A stretch of DNA of 44,393 nt from Candidatus Poseidoniaceae archaeon (GTDB lineage Archaea; Thermoplasmatota; Poseidoniia; Poseidoniales; Poseidoniaceae): NCBI GenBank assembly GCA_965662895.1, contig CBFIJH010000003.1, positions 133,793 to 178,185 on the forward strand. The letters are read 5' to 3'. The notes beneath the pieces are model-generated. The model searched no databases and was not told the DNA's origin. It worked only from the letters and a program-made list of their open reading frames with translations. The translations under genes were made by a program, and so were the position numbers. Positions 43,301 to 44,393 of the stretch are shown here, in pieces. The first letter of the stretch is position 1. Each line of letters opens with the position of its first letter.

Positions 43301-44393
43301 AGCTACTGGATTGAACATCAACCGCACAATCGGAGAGGGTCCAACACTCTACTACACCATCAACAACGGAACTCAACAATCCGTTCTTCTCAACCCTCCA
43401 TCAGGGACGAACATCGCAGATTGTGAACTTTCAGCCTGTGATTGGTCCTACACACTAACGGGACTCAACCGTAGTGATTACGTCAGTTACTATGCTACCT
43501 CGGTCGACAAATCCACGGTTTCCTCAGGAACGAACCAAGAAACGACGGCTGCGGCAAACTTTGAAGTCGGTGACCCGAATCAAATGTTTATCGTCGAGTG
43601 GAGAGACATTGGATATTCCTCTGGTACGACTTGCAGTTACCAAGTTATATTCTATGATGTCACCAATGAAATTGAATTCAATTACGACACAGCATGCAAA
43701 CTACGGTATGACTACGGTACAACTGGGTTTATGGATCACACTCGAACAAACGGCCAACACATCAAGAAGGGCGAAAGTTACCTTGGTTACAATGGTGGAA
43801 ACCCATTCACAACGAACTACCGAATTACAACTGATGGAACAAACAGTTCGGTTGAAGAATTCGCGCTAGGAATGGATGAAACCGATAACGCTGTTGCAGT
43901 AATCAGTGGAACGACGTCAGGTTTCAGAATGAGCAACTGTGCAAGCACAAGCTCATGGTCTGGATGGTCTCGATACACAACGCAGTGTAATGCCAACGTC
44001 GACGTACCAGCTGGATTCACGTTCGACTACTTTGAGAAGAGTTTCGATGGAGACGATTCGCAAGATCGTCTTCGTATCGGATTGAACGGGTACCTCTACT
44101 TCATTGACAGCGGTTCCCAAGCGCTCGAGCAAGGAATCTATTACTGGGGCAACCAGATGATTGAACTACCATACAACTCAGGTAGTGGAAACACCTACGC
44201 CCGACCAGGAACCATCGCTCCTTTCTGGGGCTACGGTTCTTCATCATGGACGTCTCTGTACTGTTACGATAACACAGCAGAAGACTGTGGTGTGTACGTG
44301 CGAACTGTCCCATTCGAAGGAAAGGGTACGGACATCAAGGCAGACTTGGACTGTTCATCCCTGACCGCTCAGTGTACTTGGGACAGCGAAGGA
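40374..44393 (+). CDS. Giant secreted protein, partial (>=1340 aa): WapA/Rhs-type N-terminal module, DNRLRE-like domain, tandem Ig-like + nidogen-like units
   Basis: Hand translation: MKMLGNKNKNKKTVLGGIGTAIFLCALMAFMP signal; ELLGMRDPTTKGYLLEDGR...DPIHFLDETGVYQEIDLNI; WLASEDRVFPIMIDPSV; frame consistent at checked landmarks up to the window end, and no stop-terminated ORF is listed for this frame; GAGGTGA SD (ATG 40380 alternative). Confidence 0.88.
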   Translation, partial: MKMLGNKNKNKKTVLGGIGTAIFLCALMAFMPMSSLVDNPVTENVTEIETEPEFGEYFKLPDTLEKANTQYEESQELLGMRDPTTKGYLLEDGRVAQLTSPDPIHFLDETGVYQEIDLNIKASPFGWEVSENTFKTNFASELHNGVSIQADVNVDPIITGINPMVVSLDSTGTNILPVDLEASMNDVEVGGNVIRYPVADGYALDYAVHATHMKQNLLIDERPVFDNALEYFGFTEMMLLPEGFGLYLDGELLGDEPVSTQNGLEIRETETGKILAFIPSPTVLEKGSNEPYIGTYFIQVDQGMVLLTTAVETDWLASEDRVFPIMIDPSVVLLSSSAGECNFSSYYGGYCRTSAYNYGNRVYMQYSTYRGAVRVYDLPFYKFTFSASNQLPTGATIDEVNFVQTVTFDGYSWRPNPKIDRSVAILEACGTPTNNQLKQYTVPTASCSGSFAASSIGVSSFNNYYSTTFERQLISSIWNSDESGTYGQGTGKKTAELCDNSNSAGTLCTATGNHNYIINAVNNTGTVGIGLRMNATTSMYAYSTESGNNKAYLEVIYSGGSDTKAPTADFVPYTGITSYVEGERTFFTTIFDQSGVDTTAGNMPTLVYRINNQTWTSVNADTIKTCSSSASECKFKATTPDITAGDYVEYYWKFQDLAATANVGYHPVPPTTNTAPESWARTNAHWFFVDDVDNAGTAKKFQIYQSDLEQAYSYSSTGRYDKQMTYFDHSDEYLVEFDTTGCGSTQSTACFIGTSGSPYSWVSIGYWEVEWTTRPSTGYYGTGGTRSGELQMAEEDGGYLVLSNQHGPQMNLMFLYDATLNEFAMVGIGDSTPEIETGALVAGTDAVQYRSGYSYYIPLANEDINGTFAKFDWGYGSYSSSKANHICVLTSGWIYWYAKSYSPRCYTTSSSSAFTGIGTPMGSYQSQDSSGVTQYKTSNVKPTPDTFAPEMTHGTLMDSHSKTRTFTYTILDNGDPATGLNINRTIGEGPTLYYTINNGTQQSVLLNPPSGTNIADCELSACDWSYTLTGLNRSDYVSYYATSVDKSTVSSGTNQETTAAANFEVGDPNQMFIVEWRDIGYSSGTTCSYQVIFYDVTNEIEFNYDTACKLRYDYGTTGFMDHTRTNGQHIKKGESYLGYNGGNPFTTNYRITTDGTNSSVEEFALGMDETDNAVAVISGTTSGFRMSNCASTSSWSGWSRYTTQCNANVDVPAGFTFDYFEKSFDGDDSQDRLRIGLNGYLYFIDSGSQALEQGIYYWGNQMIELPYNSGSGNTYARPGTIAPFWGYGSSSWTSLYCYDNTAEDCGVYVRTVPFEGKGTDIKADLDCSSLTAQCTWDSEG

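Noticed and set aside
40374-44393. Calling the last ORF an Rhs toxin
   Set aside because: Only the N-terminal module resembles such proteins; no YD repeats, core signature or immunity gene within the window.
1-44393. CRISPR arrays, rRNA, IS elements, prophage or defence genes
   Set aside because: No regularly spaced repeats, rRNA-like tracts or recognisable transposase, integrase or defence motifs were seen; nearly all sequence is accounted for by the listed genes.

Overview
Densely packed archaeal chromosomal segment. The gene set and style (Fla1-type archaellum cluster, Nob1, ubiquitin-like SAMP/MoaD, HTH_10 regulator, GGTGA/GGAGG Shine-Dalgarno motifs, several very large acidic Ig-rich surface proteins) fit Marine Group II Thermoplasmatota (Poseidoniales); this is an inference and was not database-checked. 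Contents: a partial collagen/EF-hand-like repeat secreted protein; a fused aconitase X; a sugar epimerase and acyltransferase; a flavin reductase and BCP peroxiredoxin; then a ~14.5 kb co-oriented, tightly coupled unit (5465-19942). In that unit three uncharacterised genes (a small helical protein, a 1635-aa multi-Ig membrane-anchored protein, a cytoplasmic coiled-coil + tandem-Ig protein) precede two archaellins, a degenerate FlaD/E-like gene, flaFGHIJ and a small membrane protein. Next come nth, PolX-PHP, NifU, a K+-dependent (probably Na+) membrane pyrophosphatase, a lipoprotein, esterase, glutaredoxin, FMN reductase, tRNA-Glu(TTC), HTH regulator, LysE, DedA/YqaA, Nob1, TatA, SAMP, a LolD/FtsX-type ABC pair with an oversized permease, a 1054-aa surface protein, and the first 1340 codons of a giant secreted protein with a WapA/Rhs-type N-terminal module. 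Best novel-system candidate: the extended archaellum operon with a putative envelope-anchor module. Secondary candidates: a shared post-signal-peptide G(A)R..D motif in three surface proteins, a domain-permuted AcnX fusion, and a PolX lacking its third catalytic Asp. All domain calls are from motif recognition by eye; no searches were run.
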